From NCBI GenBank assembly GCA_963664365.1, contig OY761144.1, forward strand, positions 2,281,596 to 2,345,595: a stretch of 64,000 bases of DNA, in the 5' to 3' direction. The DNA is from Dehalococcoidia bacterium (GTDB lineage: Bacteria; Chloroflexota; Dehalococcoidia; Lucifugimonadales; UBA1123). Made by a program: the position numbers and the translations under genes. The notes beneath the pieces are model-generated. The model did not search any database, was not told where the DNA came from, and was given only the letters and a program-made list of their open reading frames with translations. Below are positions 16,513-25,413 of this stretch, in pieces. The number at the start of each line of letters is the position of its first letter. Position 1 is the stretch's first letter.

Positions 16513-17667
16513 GTGATTCGAGCTCAGAATTTGAGAAAGCCCGCCCTCGCCTTCATCCTCATCGGATTGGTCGTCCTGTCCGCCTGCGACACCGCCCGAA
16601 TCGGCGCGCCCAAAGGCTGGTCGGCCGGCGCCGTCCAAGACGACGTCCTATACATCGGCACAATGGAGGGCGAAGTCCTCGCAGTAAACAAGCTCACCGG
16701 CGATACCCAATGGCGGCGCGAACTGCCCACCGAGCAGGACGCCGACCGCGCCATCTATGGACGACCCGCCGTCGGCGACGGCGTCATCATCGTCGGAGGA
16801 TACGACGGACGACTCTACGCCTACGACGACACCGGAGATCCCCTATGGCAGGAGCCCCTCACCGGAAGGATCGTCGGCGGCCCCACCGTCCATCAAGGAA
16901 TCGTCCTCGTCGGCACCGGAGAGGTCTCATCATCGAACGGCTCCGGCGGCGCCCTTCACGCCATCACTATCGAGACCAACGATTCCGCTTGGAGCTATCG
17001 CACCGCCGGACCGATATGGTCCACCCCGGTGGTTGCGGACGGCGTCGCATACGTCGGATCGCTCGACCACAAGGTACACGCCGTCAACGTCGAGGACGGC
17101 AAACGCAAGTGGACGTACCCCACCGGCGGCGCGATCGTCTCAAGCATCGCCCTACATGAAGGACTGGTCATATTCGGCGGGTTCGACAGCGCCCTCTACG
17201 CGCTGGACGCCGAGTCCGGCAGCCTCGTCTGGGAGTTCCGCGGCTCCACGAGGTGGTACTGGTCAACTCCGCTGGTCCACCAGGGAGTCGTTTACGCCCC
17301 GTCACTCGATGGAACGCTCTACGCCCTCGACGCAGCCAACGGAACGCTAAAGTGGCGCTACGAGACCGAAGGCCAGCTTGTCGGAGCGCCTGCAGTCGTC
17401 AACGACCTCATCGCCGTTCCGATTGCCGACGGTGGAGACTCCAAGATCGCCCTCCTCGAACTCAACGGCAGCGAGCAGGCCGCCTGCAAGATAGGCGCCG
17501 ACGTCCGAACCTCCCTTGAGGTCTCGGACGACCTGATATACTTTGGAGCCACAGACCACACAATCAGGGCGCTTCGAGTGAAGCCCAGCGGCAACCCGGA
17601 CGAGGAATGGGTATTCGTCACCAATGCGGACGACCCCCATCCCCCCGATCGCGCCAGGGCTTGCTAG
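16513..17667 (+). CDS. PQQ-like beta-propeller repeat lipoprotein (BamB-like fold)
   Basis: Lipobox LVVLSAC, then repeated motifs of the type LYIGTMEGEVLAVNKLTGDTQW and GGYDGRLYAYDDTGDPLW. Confidence 0.8.
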   Translation: MIRAQNLRKPALAFILIGLVVLSACDTARIGAPKGWSAGAVQDDVLYIGTMEGEVLAVNKLTGDTQWRRELPTEQDADRAIYGRPAVGDGVIIVGGYDGRLYAYDDTGDPLWQEPLTGRIVGGPTVHQGIVLVGTGEVSSSNGSGGALHAITIETNDSAWSYRTAGPIWSTPVVADGVAYVGSLDHKVHAVNVEDGKRKWTYPTGGAIVSSIALHEGLVIFGGFDSALYALDAESGSLVWEFRGSTRWYWSTPLVHQGVVYAPSLDGTLYALDAANGTLKWRYETEGQLVGAPAVVNDLIAVPIADGGDSKIALLELNGSEQAACKIGADVRTSLEVSDDLIYFGATDHTIRALRVKPSGNPDEEWVFVTNADDPHPPDRARAC

Positions 17668-17679
17668 TCAGGATATCCC

Positions 17680-18606
17680 TTGGAATTCATAATAGACACT
17701 TGGAACCAGATCATCATCCAGCCGATGATAAATACGCTGGTGCTCCTATACTCCTGGCTGTTCCTCGATTTCGGCATAGCTATCATCGCTTTTACGCTAA
17801 TCGTGCGGGTCATCCTCATACCCCTAACGGTCAAGCAGAGCCGCCAGATCAAGGCAATGACCGCGCTCCAACCCAAAATGAAGGAGATTCAGGAAAAGCA
17901 CAAGGGCGATAGGCAGCGAGCGTCACGCGAAACGATGGCCCTGTACAAGGAACAGGGCGTCAATCCCCTCGGATGCCTCGGCCCAATGTTCATACAGTTC
18001 CCAATCTGGATCGGACTCTACCAAGCCATCCTCCAGACAGTCCCCTCCAAGCCCGAAAGCCTCGTCGGGCTCTCCCAGCACCTGTACGACTGGCTGCCCC
18101 AGGTCCACAGCGTAATACCCATAGACAGCAGTTTCCTATGGATGGATCTCGCCGCGCCCGACCCCTCGCCCGTCGTCATGCCGATCCTCGTCGGCGCCTC
18201 CATGTGGGTCATGCAGAAGATGACCACCATGCCCACCGCCGACGAACGCCAGGCCTCCACCAACCGAATCATGCTCTGGATGATGCCGGCAATGTTCGGC
18301 TTCTTCACCCTCAACTTCCCCAGCGGACTGGCATTGTACTGGGTGGTGTCCAACGTCGTCGGCGTCGTCATTCAGGGATTCGTCACCGGATGGGACCCGA
18401 TTCTGAAACTGCTCAAATTCAACCGTCAGGAGGAAGCGCAGGCCGACGTCACGCCCGTGACAGCCGCTTCGATCGCCCCTCCTACCGTCGAGGAGACGAA
18501 CGATGAACGAGATCGAAATAACCGGCAGGACGGTAGAAGAGGCAATCGAAGTCGCCCTAAAGGAACTAGACGCCGATCGCAGCGACGTAGAAATAGACGT
18601 CGTTAG
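17680..18606 (+). CDS. yidC: YidC/Oxa1 family membrane insertase (short form) with Arg-rich tail
   Basis: FGIAIIAFTLIVRVILIPLTVKQSRQIKAMTALQPKMKEIQEKHKGDRQR...YKEQGVNPLGCLGPMFIQFPIWIGLY. The tail ...RRGNRSRPKGTRRRSQRRRNRRR overlaps jag. Confidence 0.9.
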   Translation: MEFIIDTWNQIIIQPMINTLVLLYSWLFLDFGIAIIAFTLIVRVILIPLTVKQSRQIKAMTALQPKMKEIQEKHKGDRQRASRETMALYKEQGVNPLGCLGPMFIQFPIWIGLYQAILQTVPSKPESLVGLSQHLYDWLPQVHSVIPIDSSFLWMDLAAPDPSPVVMPILVGASMWVMQKMTTMPTADERQASTNRIMLWMMPAMFGFFTLNFPSGLALYWVVSNVVGVVIQGFVTGWDPILKLLKFNRQEEAQADVTPVTAASIAPPTVEETNDERDRNNRQDGRRGNRSRPKGTRRRSQRRRNRRR

Positions 18607-19138
18607 CCGAGGAAAGGCCGGACTGCTCGGAATCGGCTCGGAGCCCGCCAAAGTCCACGTCAAGCTCCTCGACTCTCCCCCCGAGACCGTCACCGTGGCC
18701 TCCGAAGTCATAGACTCTCTCATCTCTCTGATGGATGCCGAAGTCATACTCACGCTAAAGCAGATGCACAACGACGACCTCGACGGACCCATCTTCGAAA
18801 TTGAAGGCGACGACGCCGGACTCCTCATAGGACGAAAGGGCGAAACGCTAAAGACCTTCCAATTCCTCGTCAGGTACATCGTCAGCCAGAGGCTGGACGA
18901 CCGCGTCAACCTCATGATCGACGTCGAAGGATACCAAGAGCGGCGTCGCCAATCGCTCGCCAACATGGCCCGACGGGTAGCCCGCAGAGTCACCGACACA
19001 GGCCAGCCGATCACCCTGGAGCCGATGCCCTCCAACGAGCGCAGGATCGTACACCTCACCCTCTCCAACCATCCCAAGGTCACCACCGAAAGCACAGGCG
19101 CCGGCAGCACCAGGCAAGTCGTCATCCTGCTAAAATAG
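18503..19138 (+). CDS. jag: Jag/KhpB RNA-binding protein (Jag_N, KH, R3H)
   Basis: MNEIEITGRTVEEAIEVALKEL..., GRKGETLKTFQFLV (KH), and EPMPSNERRIVHLTLSNHPKVTTESTG (R3H). Confidence 0.88.
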   Translation: MNEIEITGRTVEEAIEVALKELDADRSDVEIDVVSRGKAGLLGIGSEPAKVHVKLLDSPPETVTVASEVIDSLISLMDAEVILTLKQMHNDDLDGPIFEIEGDDAGLLIGRKGETLKTFQFLVRYIVSQRLDDRVNLMIDVEGYQERRRQSLANMARRVARRVTDTGQPITLEPMPSNERRIVHLTLSNHPKVTTESTGAGSTRQVVILLK

Positions 19139-19155
19139 ACACCCTTCGGACAACA

Positions 19156-19181
19156 ATCCCCTCTCCCTTGACCGGAGACGG
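19156..19181. repeat. Degenerate copy of the 40-nt hairpin element
   Basis: ATCCCCTCTCCCTTGA is identical to the first 16 nt of the element. The right arm is degenerate (CCGGAGACGG). Confidence 0.6.
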
Positions 19182-19194
19182 CGGAATCAACCAA

Positions 19195-19234
19195 ATCCCC
19201 TCTCCCTTGAGGGAGAGGGCTAGGGTGAGGGTGA
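19195..19234. repeat. 40-nt hairpin element copy 1, ending 2 nt before the crotonase ATG
   Basis: ATCCCCTCTCCCTTGAGGGAGAGGGCTAGGGTGAGGGTGA. Perfect 9-bp stem CCCTCTCCC/GGGAGAGGG with loop TTGA. 100 percent identical to 20035-20074. Confidence 0.9.
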
Positions 19235-19236
19235 AA

Positions 19237-19965
19237 ATGCCAACAAAACACATCCAAACCCTAACCCTCCCGGCCACCCGCCTCATAGACTTCGGTCTCG
19301 TGGCAGACCTCTCCCAACGCATCGCCGCCGTCCGCCAAGACGACCACGTCTGGGCCGTCGTGCTCGACTCCCAAGGCGACCACTTCTGCCTCGGAACCGA
19401 CCCCGACGCGCTCTCCGGCGACCACGCCGGTTTCGGCCCGCTCAGGCTCGCCCAGCGCGTCGCCGAGATAGAAAAGCCCGTCATCTGCGCCATCCACGGA
19501 TCCGCTTATGACCAGGGACTCGAAGTCGCCCTGGCCTGCGACATTCGCATAGCCGACGCCGACGCAAGATTCAGGATGGGACACATCCTGACAGGCGGAA
19601 TGCCCTGGGATGGCGGAACGCAGCGACTCCCGAGGCTCATCGGCCCCTCGCGGACACACGACATGCTGCTCACCGGCAGGGAGTTGGACGCCGCCGAAGC
19701 GCTCGACTTCGGCATCGTCAACGAAGTCGTCGCTCCCGGCAAGGCCGGCCGACGCGCCCACCAACTCGCCGAGTCCATAACCGAGCACGGCCCGATCGCG
19801 ATGCGTTACCTAAAAGAAGCCGTCCTCAGCGGCATGGACGCCGATCTGCGGCAGGGCCTAAGACTGGAAGCCGACCTCAGCTTCCTACTCCAGTCCACCG
19901 ACGACCGTCGAGAGGGAATCGAATCGTTCCTACAACGCCGCAAGCCAACATACACAGGCCAATGA
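19237..19965 (+). CDS. Enoyl-CoA hydratase/isomerase (crotonase) family protein
   Basis: EKPVICAIHGSAYDQGLEVALACDIRIADADARF...PWDGGTQRLPRLIG. Start chosen at ATG 19237, after the SD-like GAGGGTGA. Confidence 0.85.
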   Translation: MPTKHIQTLTLPATRLIDFGLVADLSQRIAAVRQDDHVWAVVLDSQGDHFCLGTDPDALSGDHAGFGPLRLAQRVAEIEKPVICAIHGSAYDQGLEVALACDIRIADADARFRMGHILTGGMPWDGGTQRLPRLIGPSRTHDMLLTGRELDAAEALDFGIVNEVVAPGKAGRRAHQLAESITEHGPIAMRYLKEAVLSGMDADLRQGLRLEADLSFLLQSTDDRREGIESFLQRRKPTYTGQ

Positions 19966-20034
19966 TCCTTACAACAATACCCACCAGAGGCAGACCCTCG
20001 TGGCTGCCCTCCCAGCCCAAGTGCCAGCCAACAC

Positions 20035-20074
20035 ATCCCCTCTCCCTTGAGGGAGAGGGCTAGGGTGAGGGTGA
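20035..20074. repeat. 40-nt hairpin element copy 2, ending 3 nt before the second crotonase GTG
   Basis: Identical 40-mer to 19195-19234. Confidence 0.9.
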
Positions 20075-20077
20075 CCC

Positions 20078-20794
20078 GTGACCACTGACTCCACAATCCT
20101 CTTCGCCAAGCAAGGCGCCGTCGCGCGCCTCACCCTGAACCGCCCCCGCGTCATCAACGCCTTCAACATCCGGATGCGCGACGACCTCTTCTACGCGCTC
20201 GAAGCCGTCAGGGACGACCCCGACGTCAATTCTGTCCTCATAGACGGATCGGGAGACAGAGGCTTCTGCGCCGGCGCCGACCTCACAGAGTTCGGCACAG
20301 CCCCGTCCCAGGCCATCGCGAGGCAGGTCAGGTGGGAACGCGACCTCTGGGGGATGTTCCTCGACATCCCAAAGCCAAAGGTCGCCGCGCTGCACGGCTA
20401 CGTGATAGGTTCAGGCGTTGAGATCGCCTGCCTGTGCGACATCAGGATAGCCTCCGAAGACGCCACCTTCAGAATGCCCGAATCCGCGCTCGGCATGGTC
20501 CCGGCGGCGGGCGGAAGCCAGACCTTGCCACGAACGATCGGGCTAGGCACCGCCCTGGACATGCTAATGTCCAACCGCGCGCTGGACGCTCAGACTGCCC
20601 TCGCCCTCGGCCTAGTACACCGAGTCGTCCCCCGCGACCGCCTGGCCGATGCCGCGCTCCGAATGGCTCAGCGGCTCGCCCGCTCCCCGGACGCAGCCTC
20701 CGCCATCAAGCGCGCCATAGTCGACGGCATGGACATTACCCTTGCCCAGGGACTCGCCCTCGAAGACCGTCTCGCCAGAACCATCCACCCCTAG
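20078..20794 (+). CDS. Enoyl-CoA hydratase/isomerase (crotonase) family protein, diverged paralog
   Basis: RLTLNRPRVINAFN...FCAGADLTEF...PKVAALHGYVIGSGVEIACLCDIRIAS...GGSQTLPRTIG. Confidence 0.88.
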   Translation: MTTDSTILFAKQGAVARLTLNRPRVINAFNIRMRDDLFYALEAVRDDPDVNSVLIDGSGDRGFCAGADLTEFGTAPSQAIARQVRWERDLWGMFLDIPKPKVAALHGYVIGSGVEIACLCDIRIASEDATFRMPESALGMVPAAGGSQTLPRTIGLGTALDMLMSNRALDAQTALALGLVHRVVPRDRLADAALRMAQRLARSPDAASAIKRAIVDGMDITLAQGLALEDRLARTIHP

Positions 20795-20829
20795 CCCCGG
20801 CCTTCGCACCCCCTAAAACTATCCCCTAA

Positions 20830-20868
20830 ATTCGGCTAATTCAAAATCGGATCTTGAATCAGCCGAAT
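20830..20868. promoter_or_regulatory. Imperfect 15-bp inverted repeat (operator or hairpin) upstream of the AAA ATPase gene
   Basis: ATTCGGCTAATTCAA - 9 nt - TTGAATCAGCCGAAT (14/15 complementary), 22 nt before ATG 20890. No T-tract follows. Confidence 0.35.
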
Positions 20869-20889
20869 ATCCCATGATACAGTCAGACT

Positions 20890-22071
20890 ATGACTGTCCA
20901 GCGAGACCTCGCGCCCAGACTCAGAGCGGCAGCGCAAACGATGCCGTCCATAACCCTTACCGGGCCTCGTCAGAGCGGCAAGACCACCCTGACCAAAGAG
21001 GTGTTTCCCCAACACAACTATGTCAGCCTGGAGGCCCCGGACGTTCGAGCCTTTGCCTCCGAAGACCCCCGCGCGTTCCTGTCACAGTATCCCGACGGAG
21101 CTATTATCGACGAAGTTCAACGCGCCCCCGAAATCCTCTCATATCTCCAGGAGATCATCGACGTCGACCCAAGACCCGGACGATGGATACTCACCGGCTC
21201 GCAGAACCTTCACCTCATAGAGTCCGTAAGCCAGTCCCTCGCGGGGCGGACCGCGGTTCATCACCTTCTACCATTGGCCCGCGGCGAAGTCGTCCGCTTC
21301 ACCCATCATCCAACCACCCTGGAGGAGTCCATTTTCGCCGGCGGCTACCCGCGCATATTCGACCGGAACCTCGACCCTTCCGACTGGCTCCGCTCCTACG
21401 TCGCAACCTACGTCGAACGTGACGTGAGGGCCATCAGCCAGGTCGGAGACCTCATAACCTTCCAACGCTTCGTGGAACTGTGCGCAGGCCGCGCGTCGCA
21501 GCTAATCAACTATTCCTCACTCGCCAACGACTGCGGAGTATCTCAGCCCACCGCCAGAGCTTGGCTCGGCATTCTCGAAGCCAGCTTCATCGCCTTCCGA
21601 CTCCCGCCTTTCCACAGGAACCTCGGCAAGCGACTCGTGAAAATGCCAAAGTTGCACTTCTACGACACCGGCCTCGTCTGCTGGTTGATCGGCATCCGAA
21701 CGCCGGACCAGCTACGCACTCACCCCCTGCGCGGCCCCATATTCGAGACCTGGGTGGTCTCTGAGATCGTCAAGCGCCGTATGAACATGGGCGAACCAAG
21801 AGGTTTGTTCTTCTACCGAAACCGAGACGGCGCTGAGGCAGACCTACTTATCGAGCATCCTTCCCGGGTTACGCTGATCGAAGCCAAGTCGTCCCAGACG
21901 CCCTCATCGAGCCTCTTCGACGGCGCGCGTCGTGTCCGCCGACATCTGGCCGACTCCTCCATCCCATCCGACATCGTCGTAGCCTACGGCGGAGGCGAGC
22001 GCCAAGTCCGGTCCGACGGACATCTGCTACCATGGAACAGCATACACGAAGCCTTAGAAGCGCCAACTTAG
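20890..22071 (+). CDS. AAA family ATPase with DUF4143-type C-terminal domain
   Basis: Walker A LTGPRQSGKTTL, IDEVQRAPE, WILTGSQN, SLAGR. The architecture is typical of COG1373-like ATPases. Confidence 0.8.
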   Translation: MTVQRDLAPRLRAAAQTMPSITLTGPRQSGKTTLTKEVFPQHNYVSLEAPDVRAFASEDPRAFLSQYPDGAIIDEVQRAPEILSYLQEIIDVDPRPGRWILTGSQNLHLIESVSQSLAGRTAVHHLLPLARGEVVRFTHHPTTLEESIFAGGYPRIFDRNLDPSDWLRSYVATYVERDVRAISQVGDLITFQRFVELCAGRASQLINYSSLANDCGVSQPTARAWLGILEASFIAFRLPPFHRNLGKRLVKMPKLHFYDTGLVCWLIGIRTPDQLRTHPLRGPIFETWVVSEIVKRRMNMGEPRGLFFYRNRDGAEADLLIEHPSRVTLIEAKSSQTPSSSLFDGARRVRRHLADSSIPSDIVVAYGGGERQVRSDGHLLPWNSIHEALEAPT

Positions 22072-22084
22072 GATGTAGAACCAA

Positions 22085-24064
22085 ATGAGACTTTCCCAAA
22101 CCGTCCGAAATCCTCTCCGACTCACCCTTACCCTTCTTCTCGCATCCGCCGCGCTCATTCTCGCCGCCTGCTCAGGCGACGCCGAGCCAACCCCAACTCC
22201 CCAACCCACGCCAACCGCTCAGCCCACGCCAACACCGTCCGCACAACCCACGCCGACCGCTCAACCTACCCCAACTCCGCGGCCAACGCCGACCGCGCGG
22301 CCAACGCCAACAGCACAGCCGACCCCAACCGCGCAGCCCACGCCTGCGGCCCGGACCCACGTCATCGACCGCCTCAAGAAGAACGCCCAGGAGTTCGAGT
22401 ACTCCATCGGAAAACACGGCGGAACCCTGACCTCGGCCACCATCTCCGAGCCTCTCACCTTCAACCTCGCCGTCTCCACCGACGCATCCTCCTCCGGCGT
22501 CCTCGGCTACCTCTTCGAGGGACTGACCGAAATATCATGGCTCACCGACAAGGTCGAACCCGCGCTCGCCGAGTCTTGGGAGCATTCCGAAGACGGCCTG
22601 ACATGGACCTTCCACCTCCGCAAGGACGTAACTTGGCACGACGGCCAGCCCTTCACCGCCCACGACGTGGACTTCACCTTCAACCGCATCATCTACAACT
22701 ACGACATACCCGCCAGCAGCCGCGCGACCTTCCACTTCCGCTTCCTCAACGAGACAACCGGCGAGTGGGAAGAAGCGCCCATGACCGTAACCGCCCTGGA
22801 CGACCACACCGTACAGTGCGTCCTTCCCCTGCCCTTCGCTCCCTTCCTGCGCTCCATGGGCGCCGCGATCTACCCCAAGCACATCCTCGAAAAGCATGTG
22901 GACGACGGAACCTTCACCTCCACGTGGGACATCAACACCGACCCCGCCGAAATCATCGGCGCCGGCCCGTTCACCATCGGCAACTACGTGCCCGGCGAGC
23001 GCGTCGTCATGCGGCGCAACCCAAACTACTGGCTCCAAGACGACGCCGGCAACTCCCTGCCCTACCTCGACGAAATCGTTCACGTCATCGTCCCCGACCT
23101 CGAGGCCGAGCTTGACAAGTTCCTCTCCGGCGAATCCGACGTCCACGGAGCGCTCGGCGAGGAACTCGCGCAACTCGAACCGCTCCAAGAAGAAGGCAAC
23201 TTCACCATCCACAAACGCGGCCCTGATTTCGGGACAACCTTCCTCGGATTCAACCAGAACCCCGGCGCCAATCCCGAAACCGGCGAGCCTTATCTCGACC
23301 CCATGAAGCTGGCGTGGTTCCAAAACAAGCAGTTCCGGCAGGCAGTCGCCTACACCATCGACAAGAACAAGATAATTGACGACGTCCAGCGCGGACTCGG
23401 CTACGCGCAGTGGTCGTCCGTAAGCCCCGCCGCGGGCGAATTCCACAACCCCGACACCCGAAAGTACGAATACGACCTCGACAAGGCCAACTCCATCTTG
23501 GACGACCTCGGCTGGGCCGACACCGACGCCGACGGCATACGCGAAGACGCCGACGGCAACCCCATCCGGTTCACCCTTTTGACCAACACCGGAAACAGCG
23601 TCCGCGAAAAAGTCGGCGACATAGTCAGCCGGGGAATGAAGGACCTCGGCATCGACGTGGACTACAAGCAGATCGAGTTCGGCGACCTCGTTGCCCAGCT
23701 AACCCAATCTTACGACTGGGACGCCATTATCATCGGCTTCACCGGCGGATCGGACCCATACGGCGGCATCACCTTCTGGCACAGCGGCGAGGCCCTGCAC
23801 CTTTGGAACCCCAACCAACAGCAGCCCGCCACCGAGTGGGAAGCCGAAATCGACGAACTCTACATCAGGGGCAGCCAAGAACTCGACCACGACAAGCGCG
23901 TCGAATACTACCACCGCGCCCAGGAAATCGCCGCCGAAAACGTCCCCGTCATCTACACCACCCAATCCGAGCGGCTAACCGCCGTCCGAAACATCTTCGG
24001 CAACACAACCGCCACCCTCTATGGCATTTGGGACACCCGATACCTCTACCGAACGGACCAGTAG
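22085..24064 (+). CDS. ABC transporter substrate-binding lipoprotein, family 5 (peptide/nickel type)
   Basis: Lipobox LILAACS, a long P/T linker, then GGTLTSATISEPLTFN...ESWEHSEDGLTWTFHLRKDVTWHDGQPFTAHDV. No cognate permease or ATPase genes are adjacent. Confidence 0.88.
   Translation: MRLSQTVRNPLRLTLTLLLASAALILAACSGDAEPTPTPQPTPTAQPTPTPSAQPTPTAQPTPTPRPTPTARPTPTAQPTPTAQPTPAARTHVIDRLKKNAQEFEYSIGKHGGTLTSATISEPLTFNLAVSTDASSSGVLGYLFEGLTEISWLTDKVEPALAESWEHSEDGLTWTFHLRKDVTWHDGQPFTAHDVDFTFNRIIYNYDIPASSRATFHFRFLNETTGEWEEAPMTVTALDDHTVQCVLPLPFAPFLRSMGAAIYPKHILEKHVDDGTFTSTWDINTDPAEIIGAGPFTIGNYVPGERVVMRRNPNYWLQDDAGNSLPYLDEIVHVIVPDLEAELDKFLSGESDVHGALGEELAQLEPLQEEGNFTIHKRGPDFGTTFLGFNQNPGANPETGEPYLDPMKLAWFQNKQFRQAVAYTIDKNKIIDDVQRGLGYAQWSSVSPAAGEFHNPDTRKYEYDLDKANSILDDLGWADTDADGIREDADGNPIRFTLLTNTGNSVREKVGDIVSRGMKDLGIDVDYKQIEFGDLVAQLTQSYDWDAIIIGFTGGSDPYGGITFWHSGEALHLWNPNQQQPATEWEAEIDELYIRGSQELDHDKRVEYYHRAQEIAAENVPVIYTTQSERLTAVRNIFGNTTATLYGIWDTRYLYRTDQ
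22187..22348 (+). repeat. Pro/Thr-rich (PTPTAQ-like) low-complexity linker inside the SBP gene
   Basis: Encodes PTPTPQPTPTAQPTPTPSAQPTPTAQPTPTPRPTPTARPTPTAQPTPTAQPTPA directly after the lipobox Cys. Confidence 0.9.
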
Positions 24065-24081
24065 AACAAGAGGAACATGAA

Positions 24082-24408
24082 ATGAACGCCACCAACCGCA
24101 TGAGACCCGTACATCCGGGAGAAATACTGGCTGAAGAGCTTCAAGAGCTTGGAATGTCCGCCAGTGCCCTGGCCAAGGCCCTGGACGTCCCCACCAACCG
24201 CATAACCGCGATCCTCAAAGGACAGCGCGGCATGACCGCCAACACCGCCCTGCGCCTGTCTCGCTACTTCGGAACGACCCCGCAACTGTGGATGAACCTC
24301 CAGAAGACCTTCGAGCTGCGCATGGCAGAAATCGAGTCCGGCGATGAAATCACGGAGCGCGTACAACCCCGCCAACCGCCGCAGACCATCGCCAGCCGAA
24401 CGACTTGA
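24082..24408 (+). CDS. higA: HigA-family XRE helix-turn-helix protein (orphan antitoxin or regulator)
   Basis: MNATNRMRPVHPGEILAEELQELGMSASALAKALDVPTNRITAILKGQRGMTANTALRLSRYFGTTPQLWMNLQ. No HigB-like ORF upstream. Confidence 0.8.
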   Translation: MNATNRMRPVHPGEILAEELQELGMSASALAKALDVPTNRITAILKGQRGMTANTALRLSRYFGTTPQLWMNLQKTFELRMAEIESGDEITERVQPRQPPQTIASRTT

Positions 24409-24453
24409 TACAAATATGCTATGATTTGCCAATAGCCTACAAAAGGATTCAGT

Positions 24454-25413
24454 TTGGATCAGAAGACCCTAGATGCCGTGACTAAAGCCCTAGACGCCAC
24501 CATCACCAAGGTGGCAACAGAACAGTTGGTATGGCTAAGCTCAGGACTCTCCTCAGGCGAAGTCGCGGCAGACCTGCACCGCTCACTCCGTTCCATCAAT
24601 AGATTAAGAACAGGAGGCATTCCGACTTACAACGCTTGGGACGCATTGTTCTACTTAGTGTGGTACCAGCCTAGCCAGATCAATCTAGCCTACACTTTGG
24701 CTCGGAACACGCGACAGGATAAGAACCCGCTTCAATCCGGCGCCGGAAGCCTCCAGGTTATCGATTTCGGCTGTGGCTCACTAGCAATGCAGTTCGGGCT
24801 GGCGCTTGCAGCGGCAGATACTCTTATGGAACATGGGACTCTCCCCCAAGTCGCCATCATCTCGGAAGATAGCAGCGCTCCGATGCGTGACATAGGATTG
24901 AAACTGTGGGTCAACTTCATCAACGAAATCAGCGATACGCAGAAGCACCCTGATCTTGAGTCTCTGCGGCAAGTGTGCGAGCAGATGAGATTCGATAGTC
25001 GCATTGCAGCTTCGATACATTGGCTATCCGCTCTCCACGTTGCCTATTCTGAAACGAAAGATCAAGTCAAAGTGGCTCTCGATAGCAGAGCCGAGAGCAT
25101 GGGTCCAGATGTGATCTTGGTGAGCCTACATCACAGAGCGCCCCAAGAGTTGGCATACTTTCCCCAAAATTCTGGCAAATATTCATCCAAAGAGGACATC
25201 ATCCTAAAAACTCAATTCAATCTGAGAGGAACGTTCGAGGACACGTCGGAGTTCAGACGCAAATTGTACTTTGAGAAGATCGAGGGTAAACTGACTTCTC
25301 AGGATGATCAGTTCATGTCCAACTACTTGACTACATATACGACTCAGTGGACAAACCCCGGAAGCGGCGCGCGGATAATGCGTTACTACGCCTTGGACGA
25401 CCTCCCATGGTAA
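24454..25413 (+). CDS. Hypothetical protein with class I SAM-methyltransferase-like motif I
   Basis: 319 aa. LQVIDFGCGSLAM (motif I-like) is followed by VAIISEDS (acidic post-I). Visibly more A+T-rich than its flanks. TTG start with an AAAGGA SD. The stop overlaps the next gene (ATGGTAA). Confidence 0.5.
   Translation: MDQKTLDAVTKALDATITKVATEQLVWLSSGLSSGEVAADLHRSLRSINRLRTGGIPTYNAWDALFYLVWYQPSQINLAYTLARNTRQDKNPLQSGAGSLQVIDFGCGSLAMQFGLALAAADTLMEHGTLPQVAIISEDSSAPMRDIGLKLWVNFINEISDTQKHPDLESLRQVCEQMRFDSRIAASIHWLSALHVAYSETKDQVKVALDSRAESMGPDVILVSLHHRAPQELAYFPQNSGKYSSKEDIILKTQFNLRGTFEDTSEFRRKLYFEKIEGKLTSQDDQFMSNYLTTYTTQWTNPGSGARIMRYYALDDLPW

Noticed and set aside
15702-19138. Replication origin next to the rpmH-rnpA-yidC-jag cluster
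   Set aside because: This cluster is often oriC/dnaA-proximal. However, no dnaA gene, no cluster of TTATCCACA-like boxes and no A+T-rich unwinding region is visible here, and a GNAT gene precedes rpmH in the same orientation.
18136-19257. 373-aa minus-strand ORF over yidC/jag, plus similar long antisense ORFs over cas3 (11071-12246), the SBP gene (22535-23446) and the wzy-like gene (54082-55224)
   Set aside because: In each case the partner strand or frame has strong family motifs. These ORFs are low-complexity and have no motifs, which is the expected artefact of high GC content.
23410-24081. Upstream 224 codons of the 332-aa ORF ending at 24408
   Set aside because: An alternative Arg-rich frame of the SBP gene. 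Only the HigA-like part from ATG 24082 is credible.
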